Positions 8,800 through 18,075 of a DNA stretch of 34,227 nt are shown in pieces. The stretch is from IMG/VR virus record IMGVR_UViG_3300030376_004326, positions 1-34,227 of that record. One strand, given 5' to 3'. This DNA is from a virus (lineage: Duplodnaviria > Caudoviricetes). A program made the translations under genes and the position numbers. Positions within the stretch are counted from its first letter, which is position 1; every line of letters begins with the position of its first letter. The notes beneath the pieces were generated by a model, which saw nothing but the letters and a program-made list of their open reading frames with translations, ran no database searches and had not been told where the DNA came from.

Positions 8800-10731
8800 A
8801 TGGCTACTAATACACTACAAAGTACGGCACAAGATAATGCCAACGTATACAACTGTTCCCCTCGGCATATACTTGTCGACGAGAGTAAAGGATGTACGTT
8901 AACAAGGGCGCACATAACCGCCTTCAAACGCAGCGACTTCGAGGCTCAAGCAGCTAAGGAAGTCGGGATGGACAGGATAATCGCACAGACCGCCGAGGCT
9001 CGCCTTGCTGGTATGCACGAAAAATCCCTGTATGACTTGTTACTTTCAAAGCACGTTGCCCTAGGTGAGAAATCTGGTGGTGGTTCGCAGTCTGTGATTG
9101 CACCATTTACTTTGGTTCCACGCCGCAACACTTTGAACTTTAACTATTTCCAACTTGAAGCAAGTGATAGGGCAGTTTCTAGTGGAGCATTAACAGGATT
9201 TACTTCTGTAGCTGATATTAAACCCGGTATTGCTCATGCAACCTACGGCTGGATACCTTCTTCAGCTTTTGTTATTACAGTTAATGGTGGGTCGGATGGA
9301 TCACAGTCTAGTGACGCTACTGTTTCTGCTAATGCATTAACTCACACTAAGTTTAATAAGAATCAGGTTCAAGACCTTGCCAAGTATTTCCATCCAGGTG
9401 CATACCTTACGGTTATGACGAATGGACGGCAATTAGGTGGTGGTAACGATACAAATACTACTGCTGCTGGTGCTGATATAGCTTATGTTCAGTACAAAGT
9501 TTATGCTGCTGAAGATGGAACAGCTAGTGGTACTGGTAGCGGAAACACAGAGAAGGCTCGACTTGTTGTAGCCCCATCTAAGTACGCTTCATCATCAGCT
9601 AGTGATCCTATTGAAACGTCATCCTCTGGTGATTGGGCACAAGCTACAGCTACAAATAAGGCTGATGCTGGATATAATATCGCTAAAGGTACTGGCATGA
9701 TTATGGGTAACTCTGTTTCTGATTACGAGAAATGGTGTCACCAAGGGCCGGCCGTCAATGATCTAACATTGGTTGAATACTGGCAGCAAACACAACGCTG
9801 GACTCACCAGTATAACGATGAATACTTAAAGGCTCTGCAAGCACCGCTTACATCTGAGTACTTCAAGAAGTTCCGTCAGTTGCCACTCGCTCAACAGCGT
9901 AAACAACAAGAGGCTTACCAACAGAACGCCTTTATGAACACTGTGTTCTACGGTGATAGAATCAATGACAATCAGAAGGTTGAAACTTACACAAGTCTAC
10001 CAACTGTTGTTGATCCTAATAATGATGCTGGTTGTTCTACCGCTCCAACTATTGAGTACAAGTCCAACACGCTTGGTATTCGTACACAGTTAGCTGAGTG
10101 TTCACGCACTTGGGATAACCAAGGAAATGCATTGAACCTAGATGTTCTGTTTGAGACTTGCTACATGATTAAGCGGGAACGCGAAAACTCAGGTGGTACT
10201 GTTGACACAATCGACGCGATGACTGACCGCTTTACTGCTGCCAAGATCCGCGACTTGATGACCAAGTACTATAAGTCCAAGTATTCTGCTGACTTAACGC
10301 TGTTCATGCAGCCGAAGCAACAGATCACATTCAACGGACAAGTTGTATTTGAGTACAATAAGTATGACTTACCAGATCAAGGTGTCAGCTTGGCTGTGTT
10401 CACTGATACATTCTTCGATGATAAGATCGGTGCCTCACTAGGCTTGAATGATGGTGTTAGCACTAACAAGAACCAAGCCCGTCAACTCTGGTTGATTGAT
10501 TGGTCTGATATTGCGATCAACGTCCTCAAAACTGCGAGCGTCAAGCGTCAGACTAACACTGCTGATGATATATATAACTGTGTCATCCAGCCAAATGTCT
10601 CCCACTATCAGTTGAATAGTAAGACATTCGAGGTTCGTGTAGGTAATACCAACCGCCACGCAATAGTCGAAAACTTCAGCGATGCATCACCTAGTGTGAC
10701 TGTCTCTGGAGCTGATGTGACTGTATCTTAA
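8800..10731 (+). CDS. Major capsid protein (probable HK97 fold with large insertion)
   Basis: Follows the scaffold, has the clearest RBS in the window and a terminator behind it; VEYWQQTQR, LAQQRKQQEAYQQNAFMNTVFYG and LGIRTQL resemble the spine-helix region of SU10/DUF5309-like capsids. Confidence 0.8.
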   Translation: MATNTLQSTAQDNANVYNCSPRHILVDESKGCTLTRAHITAFKRSDFEAQAAKEVGMDRIIAQTAEARLAGMHEKSLYDLLLSKHVALGEKSGGGSQSVIAPFTLVPRRNTLNFNYFQLEASDRAVSSGALTGFTSVADIKPGIAHATYGWIPSSAFVITVNGGSDGSQSSDATVSANALTHTKFNKNQVQDLAKYFHPGAYLTVMTNGRQLGGGNDTNTTAAGADIAYVQYKVYAAEDGTASGTGSGNTEKARLVVAPSKYASSSASDPIETSSSGDWAQATATNKADAGYNIAKGTGMIMGNSVSDYEKWCHQGPAVNDLTLVEYWQQTQRWTHQYNDEYLKALQAPLTSEYFKKFRQLPLAQQRKQQEAYQQNAFMNTVFYGDRINDNQKVETYTSLPTVVDPNNDAGCSTAPTIEYKSNTLGIRTQLAECSRTWDNQGNALNLDVLFETCYMIKRERENSGGTVDTIDAMTDRFTAAKIRDLMTKYYKSKYSADLTLFMQPKQQITFNGQVVFEYNKYDLPDQGVSLAVFTDTFFDDKIGASLGLNDGVSTNKNQARQLWLIDWSDIAINVLKTASVKRQTNTADDIYNCVIQPNVSHYQLNSKTFEVRVGNTNRHAIVENFSDASPSVTVSGADVTVS

Positions 10732-10743
10732 TTGTTAACACTT

Positions 10744-10776
10744 AGGGTGGGGGTCTTAATGGCCCCTGCCTTTTTT
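10744..10776 (+). terminator. Intrinsic terminator after major capsid gene
   Basis: AGGGTGGGGGTC-TTAAT-GGCCCCTGCCTT stem with several G-U pairs, ending in a T6 run (10771-10776). Confidence 0.85.
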
Positions 10777-10786
10777 ATAAAATATT

Positions 10787-11176
10787 ATGGCACAAATACA
10801 ATCACACAACACATTCACTGAAGTTAAGGATCACATCCAAAAGGGTAGGATATTATCTAAAGGTAAGGATCTAACTATTGATGCTAATGGAGCTATTACA
10901 GTCACAGATTCATATCACTTAGTTAATGTGGCTTCTGGAGATACTGACGACTTAAAAAGAATTAACGGAGGTAAACAGGCTGGGCAACTTCTTGTCCTTC
11001 AATCCGCTGTTGACGGTAATGCAGTCGTTGTAAAAAAGTATGCTTCAGGCACAGATAATATACGAATGACAAGTTCAGTTATTACTGTTGAAGAAGCGAC
11101 AGACACGATAACACTTATGTATAACGGTACAGATTGGAACCTTATTACATCTAGCGTTAGCGGAACACCGAGTTAA
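10787..11176 (+). CDS. Probable head decoration/fibre-tip protein
   Basis: Beta-rich LTID..GAITVT.SYH...DTDDL..INGG..GQLLVL...ITLMYNGTDW pattern resembling fibre C-terminal domains; directly after the capsid gene. Confidence 0.6.
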   Translation: MAQIQSHNTFTEVKDHIQKGRILSKGKDLTIDANGAITVTDSYHLVNVASGDTDDLKRINGGKQAGQLLVLQSAVDGNAVVVKKYASGTDNIRMTSSVITVEEATDTITLMYNGTDWNLITSSVSGTPS

Positions 11177-11208
11177 TTTTGCTCCATACCTGTTCTGTCT
11201 CTGCTACT

Positions 11209-11241
11209 GGGGTCGGGGTGTCAAAGCCCTGGCCCCTTTTT
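11209..11241 (+). terminator. Intrinsic terminator
   Basis: GGGGTCGGGGT-GTCAAA-GCCCTGGCCCC stem-loop followed by TTTTT. Confidence 0.85.
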
Positions 11242-11243
11242 CT

Positions 11244-11272
11244 TTGACTTTGTGTGACACTAAATTTAGTTT
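11244..11272 (+). promoter_or_regulatory. Conserved motif copy 3 (GTGACACTAAATTTAGT, 11254-11270) inside a sigma70-like promoter
   Basis: TTGACT (11244-11249), 17-bp spacer, TAGTTT (11267-11272); perfect palindrome ACTAAATTTAGT at 11259-11270; directly after a terminator; ATG at 11281. Confidence 0.8.
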
Positions 11273-11280
11273 TTCTATTA

Positions 11281-11661
11281 ATGGCTACGAAATTCTATAG
11301 CGGAAATGCTAGTTCAGGTAAGGTAATGGACGGTTATGTTTTCACCTTTGAAGCAGTAGATATTACCTCTGGCAGTTGGTACGGAGTATACAAAACAGAT
11401 GACACATCTGAGCAAGCCGCACTTGATAAGCTAGTAAGCAAAGGTCAGGTAAGTTCTCTTACTAAGCAACAGTATGACGATTGCACTAAAAAAAAATTAG
11501 AGAGGCAGAGCTTATCACCTCAATTGAAAGGCGTGTCAGAACAGCAGGTTGTGGATCGTGCGGAGGATCAAACTCCCAAGCAGTCAATCGAAGATGAGGA
11601 TGATGTACTTGAGGTAAAACAAGTTGCTAAACCTAAATCTAGAAAATCAAAGAAGAAGTGA
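11281..11661 (+). CDS. Hypothetical protein (126 aa, MATKFYSG...)
   Basis: ATG 11281 preferred over GTG 11254, which lies inside the regulatory motif; basic C-terminal tail. Confidence 0.75.
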   Translation: MATKFYSGNASSGKVMDGYVFTFEAVDITSGSWYGVYKTDDTSEQAALDKLVSKGQVSSLTKQQYDDCTKKKLERQSLSPQLKGVSEQQVVDRAEDQTPKQSIEDEDDVLEVKQVAKPKSRKSKKK

Positions 11662-11845
11662 ATCTCATGCAGAGAGAGAAGCTAAAAGTAAGTTCTGGAG
11701 GGAACATGGGTTAGATATACTACAAAGAAACAACCCAACTTACAGCGAATGCAAGGCAGCAGCCATTGGCAATCAACGTAATTACCCAGAGTTAGCAGAG
11801 GACTTAATGGTAAAGGCAAGAAAGTGGAAGAAATCTAAGACATAA
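11624..11845 (+). CDS. Hypothetical protein
   Basis: TTG start with GAGGT (11611-11615) 8 nt upstream; fills the gap and its TAA overlaps the next ATG. Confidence 0.6.
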   Translation: MLNLNLENQRRSESHAEREAKSKFWREHGLDILQRNNPTYSECKAAAIGNQRNYPELAEDLMVKARKWKKSKT

Positions 11846-12297
11846 TGGCTAAGAAACTATACGCATCAGGCAGATCAAGACAACGTGCAGAACGGGCGAA
11901 GAGAACTCAGGCTCGTAATGTGGTTACAATGAATAAATCTGCTAAGGAAACTGCTAGGAAAACTGCCGCTCGAAGCCCCGATGCTCCAAAAGGAACCAGA
12001 ATAAAAACATCACAAGGAGTACCTAAATCCAGCTCAGGCTTGGCAGGTAAACCTAAACGCAGCTACCCAAAGGATGTAACAAAGAGAGATTCTCCTAGCC
12101 CTAAGAGGAAGTATCCAACACGACAGGATGGTGAGAGAAAGAATGTTGCTAGTGCTAAATCAAAAAAAGTTACTAAACAAGTTAGAGCTTCTGTTAGTAG
12201 CGGTAAGTCTAGGTTTGGAACAGGGACAGTTAAACCTGGATATGAAGAGATTCACCCAATGTTAACTAGGCTAGGCGTTACTAGAAAGAAAAAGTAA
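11845..12297 (+). CDS. Highly basic K/R/S-rich protein
   Basis: 150 aa, low complexity, TAATG overlaps at both ends. Confidence 0.7.
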   Translation: MAKKLYASGRSRQRAERAKRTQARNVVTMNKSAKETARKTAARSPDAPKGTRIKTSQGVPKSSSGLAGKPKRSYPKDVTKRDSPSPKRKYPTRQDGERKNVASAKSKKVTKQVRASVSSGKSRFGTGTVKPGYEEIHPMLTRLGVTRKKK

Positions 12298-12662
12298 TGG
12301 CGAACTTATTTAAAGCAGCGTCAGAAATTTACGGAGCTACTACTAACCCTTGGGCTTGGGCTTACGGGAAAGTAGCGGACCGCACAAAGCTACCACAACT
12401 AGGTGATCTGCCTGTAGTTGGTCCAGTGTCTAAAGTACCATCTAAAGTTACGGAAGAATTAATATCAAAGCCTTTAGTTGGTTTGGTTAATAAAGCCTTC
12501 GGGCCAAAGAGTAGGCCAAGTAAGCCAAGAAAACCACGGAAGCCAATGCCTTTCGGGAAGAGAAGGAAGGCTAATATGAATTCTAGTTTAATAAAGCAAA
12601 GGCAAGCAGCAATGAGGAAGCGTAGGCAGCAAGCGAAGAACGCAGCTTTAAGATTAAGATGA
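12297..12662 (+). CDS. Highly basic protein
   Basis: 121 aa with K/R-rich C-terminal half; TAATG and ATGA overlaps. Confidence 0.7.
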   Translation: MANLFKAASEIYGATTNPWAWAYGKVADRTKLPQLGDLPVVGPVSKVPSKVTEELISKPLVGLVNKAFGPKSRPSKPRKPRKPMPFGKRRKANMNSSLIKQRQAAMRKRRQQAKNAALRLR

Positions 12663-13384
12663 CTTGGTTACAATTTAAAACAGCAGTTAAAGAACTTATT
12701 ACCGTTGATGGTACTAGGCAGGGCATTACTTCGTATGTAGATCGGATGATCAAGCTAGGTGTTATCGAGGTGCTATCTCATGTTGAGCATTACACTAAAG
12801 GTAACATCACCAAGTATAACCTAGCTGGCCCTGATGGTTTTCAACCTTTAACTACAGAAGGAAACTCAAGTCTGGGACAATTACCATCAGAGGCTAGGCC
12901 ACAAGAAGCGTACAGAATTTTTTATACAACAGCAGAGGTAGCCGCAACTCCTTCCACTGATAATGAAGGGTGCAATCGTACACCTGTTGTTAATTATCCT
13001 TACTCAAATAGAAATGATTTAATATGTGCCCACCCTTTAATAAGCAACGGGGCATCTGTTATAGCCATAGGTAAGTCAGGAGATTTCTACATATATCCAC
13101 AGCTAGATAGAAACGAAGTACTTCAGATTCATTGGGATGGCTTCACAGCAGATCACGCTGACTCAGATACAGTTCCTTATGATGATCCAATGGCTGAATG
13201 TGTAGGAGAATATGTAAAAGCTAAGGTAACTAGAGAAGTGGATAAGGATTTAAAATTGTTTCAGTCTTACTATGGAACATTTCAAAAGAAGAGGCAGGAA
13301 CTTTACATCAATAGCTTTGGGAGACAGGCAATAAGAACCAACCCTCCAGCTGGGTCTACAAGTTTAGCCTGTGCTACCTCGTAA
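12659..13384 (+). CDS. Probable head-tail adaptor (tail tubular protein A-like)
   Basis: MTWLQFKTAVKELI N-terminal helix, central beta region with FYIYP, C-terminal helices; size and position fit podovirus adaptors. Confidence 0.6.
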   Translation: MTWLQFKTAVKELITVDGTRQGITSYVDRMIKLGVIEVLSHVEHYTKGNITKYNLAGPDGFQPLTTEGNSSLGQLPSEARPQEAYRIFYTTAEVAATPSTDNEGCNRTPVVNYPYSNRNDLICAHPLISNGASVIAIGKSGDFYIYPQLDRNEVLQIHWDGFTADHADSDTVPYDDPMAECVGEYVKAKVTREVDKDLKLFQSYYGTFQKKRQELYINSFGRQAIRTNPPAGSTSLACATS

Positions 13385-13390
13385 ATTACA

Positions 13391-15145
13391 ATGAGTTTAA
13401 TTAATACCACAGATACGGATAGTGGAAGTCCAAACGTGCCTGATGCTGCAAAGACAGCGGCATGGAAAGATTATATTTGGATAAGAAGGTTGGGAACTTC
13501 TGGTGAAGCTAAGTTTTATATCTGGAACGAAGATGCTTCAAGTGATGGGACATATCTTAAATGGCAGGAGAAAAGTGATGTAGCTTTAGATGATATAGCC
13601 ATAGACAGTTCCAAGATTGTTGTAGGTAATGCCAGTAATAAAGGTGCGGCTGTCGCAATGAGTGGCAATGCTACCATAACTAATGCAGGTGTTGTTACCG
13701 TAGGAAGTGTAGCGAATAATGCTATTACAAATGCTATGGTTAATACTTCTGCTGCTATTGCTTACAGTAAACTTAATCTTACAGGAGCAATTCTTAACGC
13801 TGATCTGGCAGGGAGTATTACCGCAGCTAAATTAGCAGGAAGTATTCCATACAGTAAGTTGTCCATAGCTGATGATGAAATTCCTTTTGCTAAGATAAAT
13901 GGGTTAAATATTAATAATGCAAACATGGCAGATATGGCGGCAAACACCGTCAAAGTTCGTGATGCTGACTCATCTGGTGCCCCTAGTGATAAAGCTGTAG
14001 GTAATACACAGATATTAATTGGGGATGGCACAGGATTTACCGCTGCATCTCTATCTGGTGATGTCACAATGGCAAACACTGGTGCTGTTACAATAGGTTC
14101 AAGTGCAGTTCATGGCTCAATGCTTAATGTTGATGTTGGTGATGCGAGTTCCATAGAATTAAGCAGTAACACACTTTCAATTAAATCTGCTGGCGTAGAA
14201 GTTTCTCACATTAAAGGACACTCATCAGCAGGAGTACTAGGGTATGGGTCTAGTGGTGCAGCAGCAGCTATAACAGCAGACTCTAGTTCATCAGGTAAAG
14301 TTCTTAAGTCTAACGGAAACAACGCCGCTCCTACATTCCAGAGTGAGACAAGTTCTGTTCCTATGGTGGAAATAGATCACGCAAATCATTACAGTTCTCA
14401 CTGGGTTGTTCCAGCAGGAGTTACGAAGATAAAAGTGTGCCTTCAAGGTGCAGGTGCAGGAGGTGGGGTTATCTTATCAAATAATGGTCATGGTGGTGGC
14501 GGTGGCGGTGGTGGTGCTTATGTAGAGTCTGAGTTTAATGTTTCAGCAGGGCAAGTCTTCATGCTTAAAGTAGGAGAGGGTTCAGTGTCAGCCCATCCTG
14601 GAAGTGGAAATAATTTTTCATCTGGTGGTGCTACTGAATTTATCAAGCTCACTGGAACAAGTGGAGGAAGTTTAACTACTGAAACTAAAGCTACAGCTCC
14701 TGGAGGGGTTGGTGCTTCTGAGTCAAGTTCTGGTAATGGTTATCATTCAATTGGTGGGGCAGGTGGGACAGCTCCAGCATTAACCTCTCCGTACAACGCA
14801 AGTGGTCAATACAATTATACTAAAAGAGTCAACGGCCAAAATGGTGGGGCACAAGACACTGCTTTCTATGGTCAAAATCCTGGATCAGTTTCAGGTAATG
14901 GGGGTTTCGGAGGGGCATCTTATAAAGGGCAAGGCCCGTTAGGAGGGGTAGTAGAAATCGAACAACCAGATTCTACTGATACTATAACTGTTCAAGATGG
15001 AGTCAAACAAGACCATCGAGAGAAAAATATTTTAAGAGGTTCTGGTAGTGGTTTTGGAGGTGCTGGTGTCTCAATTTCAGGTAGTAATCGGCACAGCAAT
15101 CGAAGAGGCGGTGATGGATGGGGTGCAATCTACAACATTAGCTAG
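13391..15145 (+). CDS. Tail fibre-like protein with C-terminal glycine-rich domain
   Basis: Internal repeats (MSGNATITNAGVVTV/LSGDVTMANTGAVTI; IAYSKL/IPYSKL/IPFAKI); WVVPAGVTKIKVCLQGAGAGGG...GGGGGGAY Gly-rich domain. Confidence 0.75.
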   Translation: MSLINTTDTDSGSPNVPDAAKTAAWKDYIWIRRLGTSGEAKFYIWNEDASSDGTYLKWQEKSDVALDDIAIDSSKIVVGNASNKGAAVAMSGNATITNAGVVTVGSVANNAITNAMVNTSAAIAYSKLNLTGAILNADLAGSITAAKLAGSIPYSKLSIADDEIPFAKINGLNINNANMADMAANTVKVRDADSSGAPSDKAVGNTQILIGDGTGFTAASLSGDVTMANTGAVTIGSSAVHGSMLNVDVGDASSIELSSNTLSIKSAGVEVSHIKGHSSAGVLGYGSSGAAAAITADSSSSGKVLKSNGNNAAPTFQSETSSVPMVEIDHANHYSSHWVVPAGVTKIKVCLQGAGAGGGVILSNNGHGGGGGGGGAYVESEFNVSAGQVFMLKVGEGSVSAHPGSGNNFSSGGATEFIKLTGTSGGSLTTETKATAPGGVGASESSSGNGYHSIGGAGGTAPALTSPYNASGQYNYTKRVNGQNGGAQDTAFYGQNPGSVSGNGGFGGASYKGQGPLGGVVEIEQPDSTDTITVQDGVKQDHREKNILRGSGSGFGGAGVSISGSNRHSNRRGGDGWGAIYNIS

Positions 15146-17142
15146 TGGCAAGATACAAACACATAACGGCAAAGCCAACTGATGGAGGGCAATTATTTAC
15201 TGCATTGTCCCATGAATTTGCTGGCCCTGCTAACTATGTTCAGAAGCTCGATTGGCGTAGGGACTTGGATCAAGAGGTAAGGCGAGAAGGGTACGATTAC
15301 TTTAGTCCATCAGGATTAAGTGACGTAACTGGTAACGCTGTTCCTACTAGCAGTGAAATTAATTTAGTACACATGGTACGCCGCCCTAATGGAGAGGTGG
15401 CAATCATTGTTGGAACAAAGACACACCTTTACAGATACCAAAAGAGCGATGATGTAACCTATGTATCAGGCGATTATGTCACCCATGAATGCTCAGTAAG
15501 TTCTCATAGTACTCAGTCAGCTTGTGTTGGTGCTGGTGCTAACTGGAATGCAATAGATTACTTTGATAATACACCTGATAACTGGATAACTATAGGAAGC
15601 GGATTCAGTTCAAGTGGTAACAGGTGGCAAGCAGTTAATTTAAATGGGTACACTATTCTTAATAATGGTGTTGACCTACCTGTTTCATATCGAGTTGAAC
15701 ACCTGGAAGTTACTCCTTTGTACGAACTTAGAGAGAACGGGGTCGCTAGTGTAGGATCAATCACTGCTTATAATGGCATCCTAATGCTTGCTGATATAGA
15801 TCAAATTGATGATTTAAAAACATGGATGTCAGGTGGATCTGCTTACGGAGTGGTTACTGCAAACACAACTAAGTTTAATAACAGACTTATTTGGTCGCAG
15901 ATTAGGGAGCCTTTAAAGTTTTCTGCATCAACAGCAGGAAGTATTTCAAGCGGAGAGCAGACGTTAACACTAAGCTACCCAGCAAAGTCGTATCAAGTAG
16001 GAGATCAGATTACTATTGTTGGTGCTGGAACTAATGGAGGAAACTTATCAGCTAACATTGCAGGGGTAACAAACAATCAAACAATATTCCTAGATGCTGA
16101 AGCTTCAACCACAGTAAGCGATGCCTCTGTAGTACAAACAAGTGAGATCGGTAGTATTATAGGCTTTGAAGACTTAATGGGTGATGGATCTGGGATTGTT
16201 CACATGGCTCCGCTTCAGAATAATTTGGTAGTCTACAAGGACACATCAATTTTCATTGGTCAATACACAGGCAACACTAACATTCCGTTTAAGTTTAGGG
16301 TAATAACAATACCTAGTACTCAAGCCCTGTATTACAAGCACACTTTAATCTCTGTAAAGAACACTCATATCTATGCAGGTCGTGACAGTTTTTATTCATT
16401 CGACCTTACAAGTAGAGGGCCAAAAGAGATAAGTGCTTTGGCTAGTGTTAAAGATATTTTTTATAAACAAAATGAGATTGCAGCAACGAACTCTGTGTTT
16501 GCCGCTGACAATGTTCTTACCAATGAGGTTTGGTTTTGTTTCACATCACTAACAGATGACTCAGCTATATGTTATGATTATAGAAACGGAACAGCATCAA
16601 CTACATCAGGGATGTTTAGTGCGGCGGCAAGTATTAAAAAGCCACCATTAACTAATGAAGATTGGTTTGTAATGGGAACAGCAGGAGGAACTTTATTTAG
16701 ATACGGTCTAGCAAACGAAACTGTTTCTGAGTGGAGCAATAAGAAAGCTATCTATTACAGAAGAACTAACTCTTATTCCACTACACAAGTAGCTTACCCA
16801 AGTACAATCAAGGGAGGGCTTGCTAACTTTGGTGATGCTTATAATGAAAAAGATTTCAGAGGTTACTTACTTCAATTAGCCAGCCAACAAGAAGAGAACG
16901 CTATAATAACAATTAAGATCTATGGATATGCAAACCCTTACAGCACTCCGACTACATTAGTTAATGGGTTTCAGATAACAACTCCAGCCACACGAAATTT
17001 AGTACCTTGTTTTTTTAGAAGTCACTTGTTTCAAGATGAGGTAACAGCAACAGAATATAAAAACGCAAGACTAGCTGCTCGAACTTTCGATGTTAGCATG
17101 GTCAAAAGTACAAGTGAAATAAGACAACCAAGTTTAAGCTAA
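15145..17142 (+). CDS. Probable tail nozzle/stabilisation protein (tubular B or P22 gp10-like beta-propeller)
   Basis: 665 aa beta-rich; NRLIWS, LVVYKDTSIF, NEVWFCF...ICYDY blade-like motifs; GTG start overlaps TAG. Confidence 0.7.
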   Translation: MARYKHITAKPTDGGQLFTALSHEFAGPANYVQKLDWRRDLDQEVRREGYDYFSPSGLSDVTGNAVPTSSEINLVHMVRRPNGEVAIIVGTKTHLYRYQKSDDVTYVSGDYVTHECSVSSHSTQSACVGAGANWNAIDYFDNTPDNWITIGSGFSSSGNRWQAVNLNGYTILNNGVDLPVSYRVEHLEVTPLYELRENGVASVGSITAYNGILMLADIDQIDDLKTWMSGGSAYGVVTANTTKFNNRLIWSQIREPLKFSASTAGSISSGEQTLTLSYPAKSYQVGDQITIVGAGTNGGNLSANIAGVTNNQTIFLDAEASTTVSDASVVQTSEIGSIIGFEDLMGDGSGIVHMAPLQNNLVVYKDTSIFIGQYTGNTNIPFKFRVITIPSTQALYYKHTLISVKNTHIYAGRDSFYSFDLTSRGPKEISALASVKDIFYKQNEIAATNSVFAADNVLTNEVWFCFTSLTDDSAICYDYRNGTASTTSGMFSAAASIKKPPLTNEDWFVMGTAGGTLFRYGLANETVSEWSNKKAIYYRRTNSYSTTQVAYPSTIKGGLANFGDAYNEKDFRGYLLQLASQQEENAIITIKIYGYANPYSTPTTLVNGFQITTPATRNLVPCFFRSHLFQDEVTATEYKNARLAARTFDVSMVKSTSEIRQPSLS

Positions 17143-18074
17143 TGCCAAGTTCAATTACTCTAGTTAAAAGATTAGTCAAAGGTTCCGCTCTCACGGCTAC
17201 CGAGATGGACGCCAACCTCACCAACCTAGCAACAGGTATCACGGGTGATTACACAAAGTTTCTAGTAGCCCACGATGCAGATGGTGATATTAAAACCGCT
17301 GAAGGAACAGTTAACGGAAGTGCTTTAACAGCGGGAACAGTTGGTTTCGATAAGTTATCTGCTTTGTTCTATGCTGTAGACAGTGCAACAGATGTTAATA
17401 CTCTTGCTGTATCTGTAAGTGAATTAAGCACAGCTCCAGCAGTAGGTAGTGTATTCTATGTAAAGGCTAATGGAACAAACACGGGTTCTGTTACTATGGA
17501 TGTGACTACAGGCAGTGTTACAACTTCTGGAACCATTAAAAAGAATTCCACATCAAATCTAGTAACTGGCGATATACAGAATAACCAGATCATTTCAGTT
17601 GTTTACGCAGGTAGCGGTGTCTTTCATTTGTTAAGTAATATATCTACCGCTGATCCTGGTATTTTTAAAATTGCTACTGTTGAATCTGATTCATCAACTC
17701 ATACTTCTAATACAGACACCGCTCAAATTGGTTCTTATTCTTTGGCTAGTAATTCATATTCAAAGATCATAATTAAGGCCACAGCAAGGATCATTGCAGG
17801 GTATGGTGTAGATCTAAAAGCACAATTCTTTAAGGGAACAGTCAGTGTTGCTCCTTCATACGACATTATGCAAATGCAAGTCCCGCCTAGTAATACCTAC
17901 GGAGGGGGAGCGGCAACTGCTACAACAGATATTAAGTATGCACCTTGGCAAACATTTGTTGCTGAGTTTGGCGGCAAGAATCCTGAAACAGAAACAATTT
18001 ACTTTTATAAAACAGGAGCCAGTGCTGATTACAAAGCTGAACTGGATTACTTAGAAGTTTACGGAGTTATTTAA
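17142..18074 (+). CDS. Tail fibre/spike-like virion protein
   Basis: N-terminal RLVKGSALTATEMDANLTNL fibre-attachment-type motif; FYVKANGTNTGSVTMDV...LVTGDI...VVY domain common in fibres. Confidence 0.7.
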   Translation: MPSSITLVKRLVKGSALTATEMDANLTNLATGITGDYTKFLVAHDADGDIKTAEGTVNGSALTAGTVGFDKLSALFYAVDSATDVNTLAVSVSELSTAPAVGSVFYVKANGTNTGSVTMDVTTGSVTTSGTIKKNSTSNLVTGDIQNNQIISVVYAGSGVFHLLSNISTADPGIFKIATVESDSSTHTSNTDTAQIGSYSLASNSYSKIIIKATARIIAGYGVDLKAQFFKGTVSVAPSYDIMQMQVPPSNTYGGGAATATTDIKYAPWQTFVAEFGGKNPETETIYFYKTGASADYKAELDYLEVYGVI

Positions 18075-18075
18075 A

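Noticed and set aside
11254-11280. GTG start for the 135-aa ORF
   Set aside because: It lies within motif copy 3; ATG 11281 is the more plausible start.
11624-11661. Programmed frameshift joining 11281-11661 to 11624-11845
   Set aside because: No clear slippery heptamer in the overlap; a TTG start with a well-spaced GAGGT explains the second ORF.
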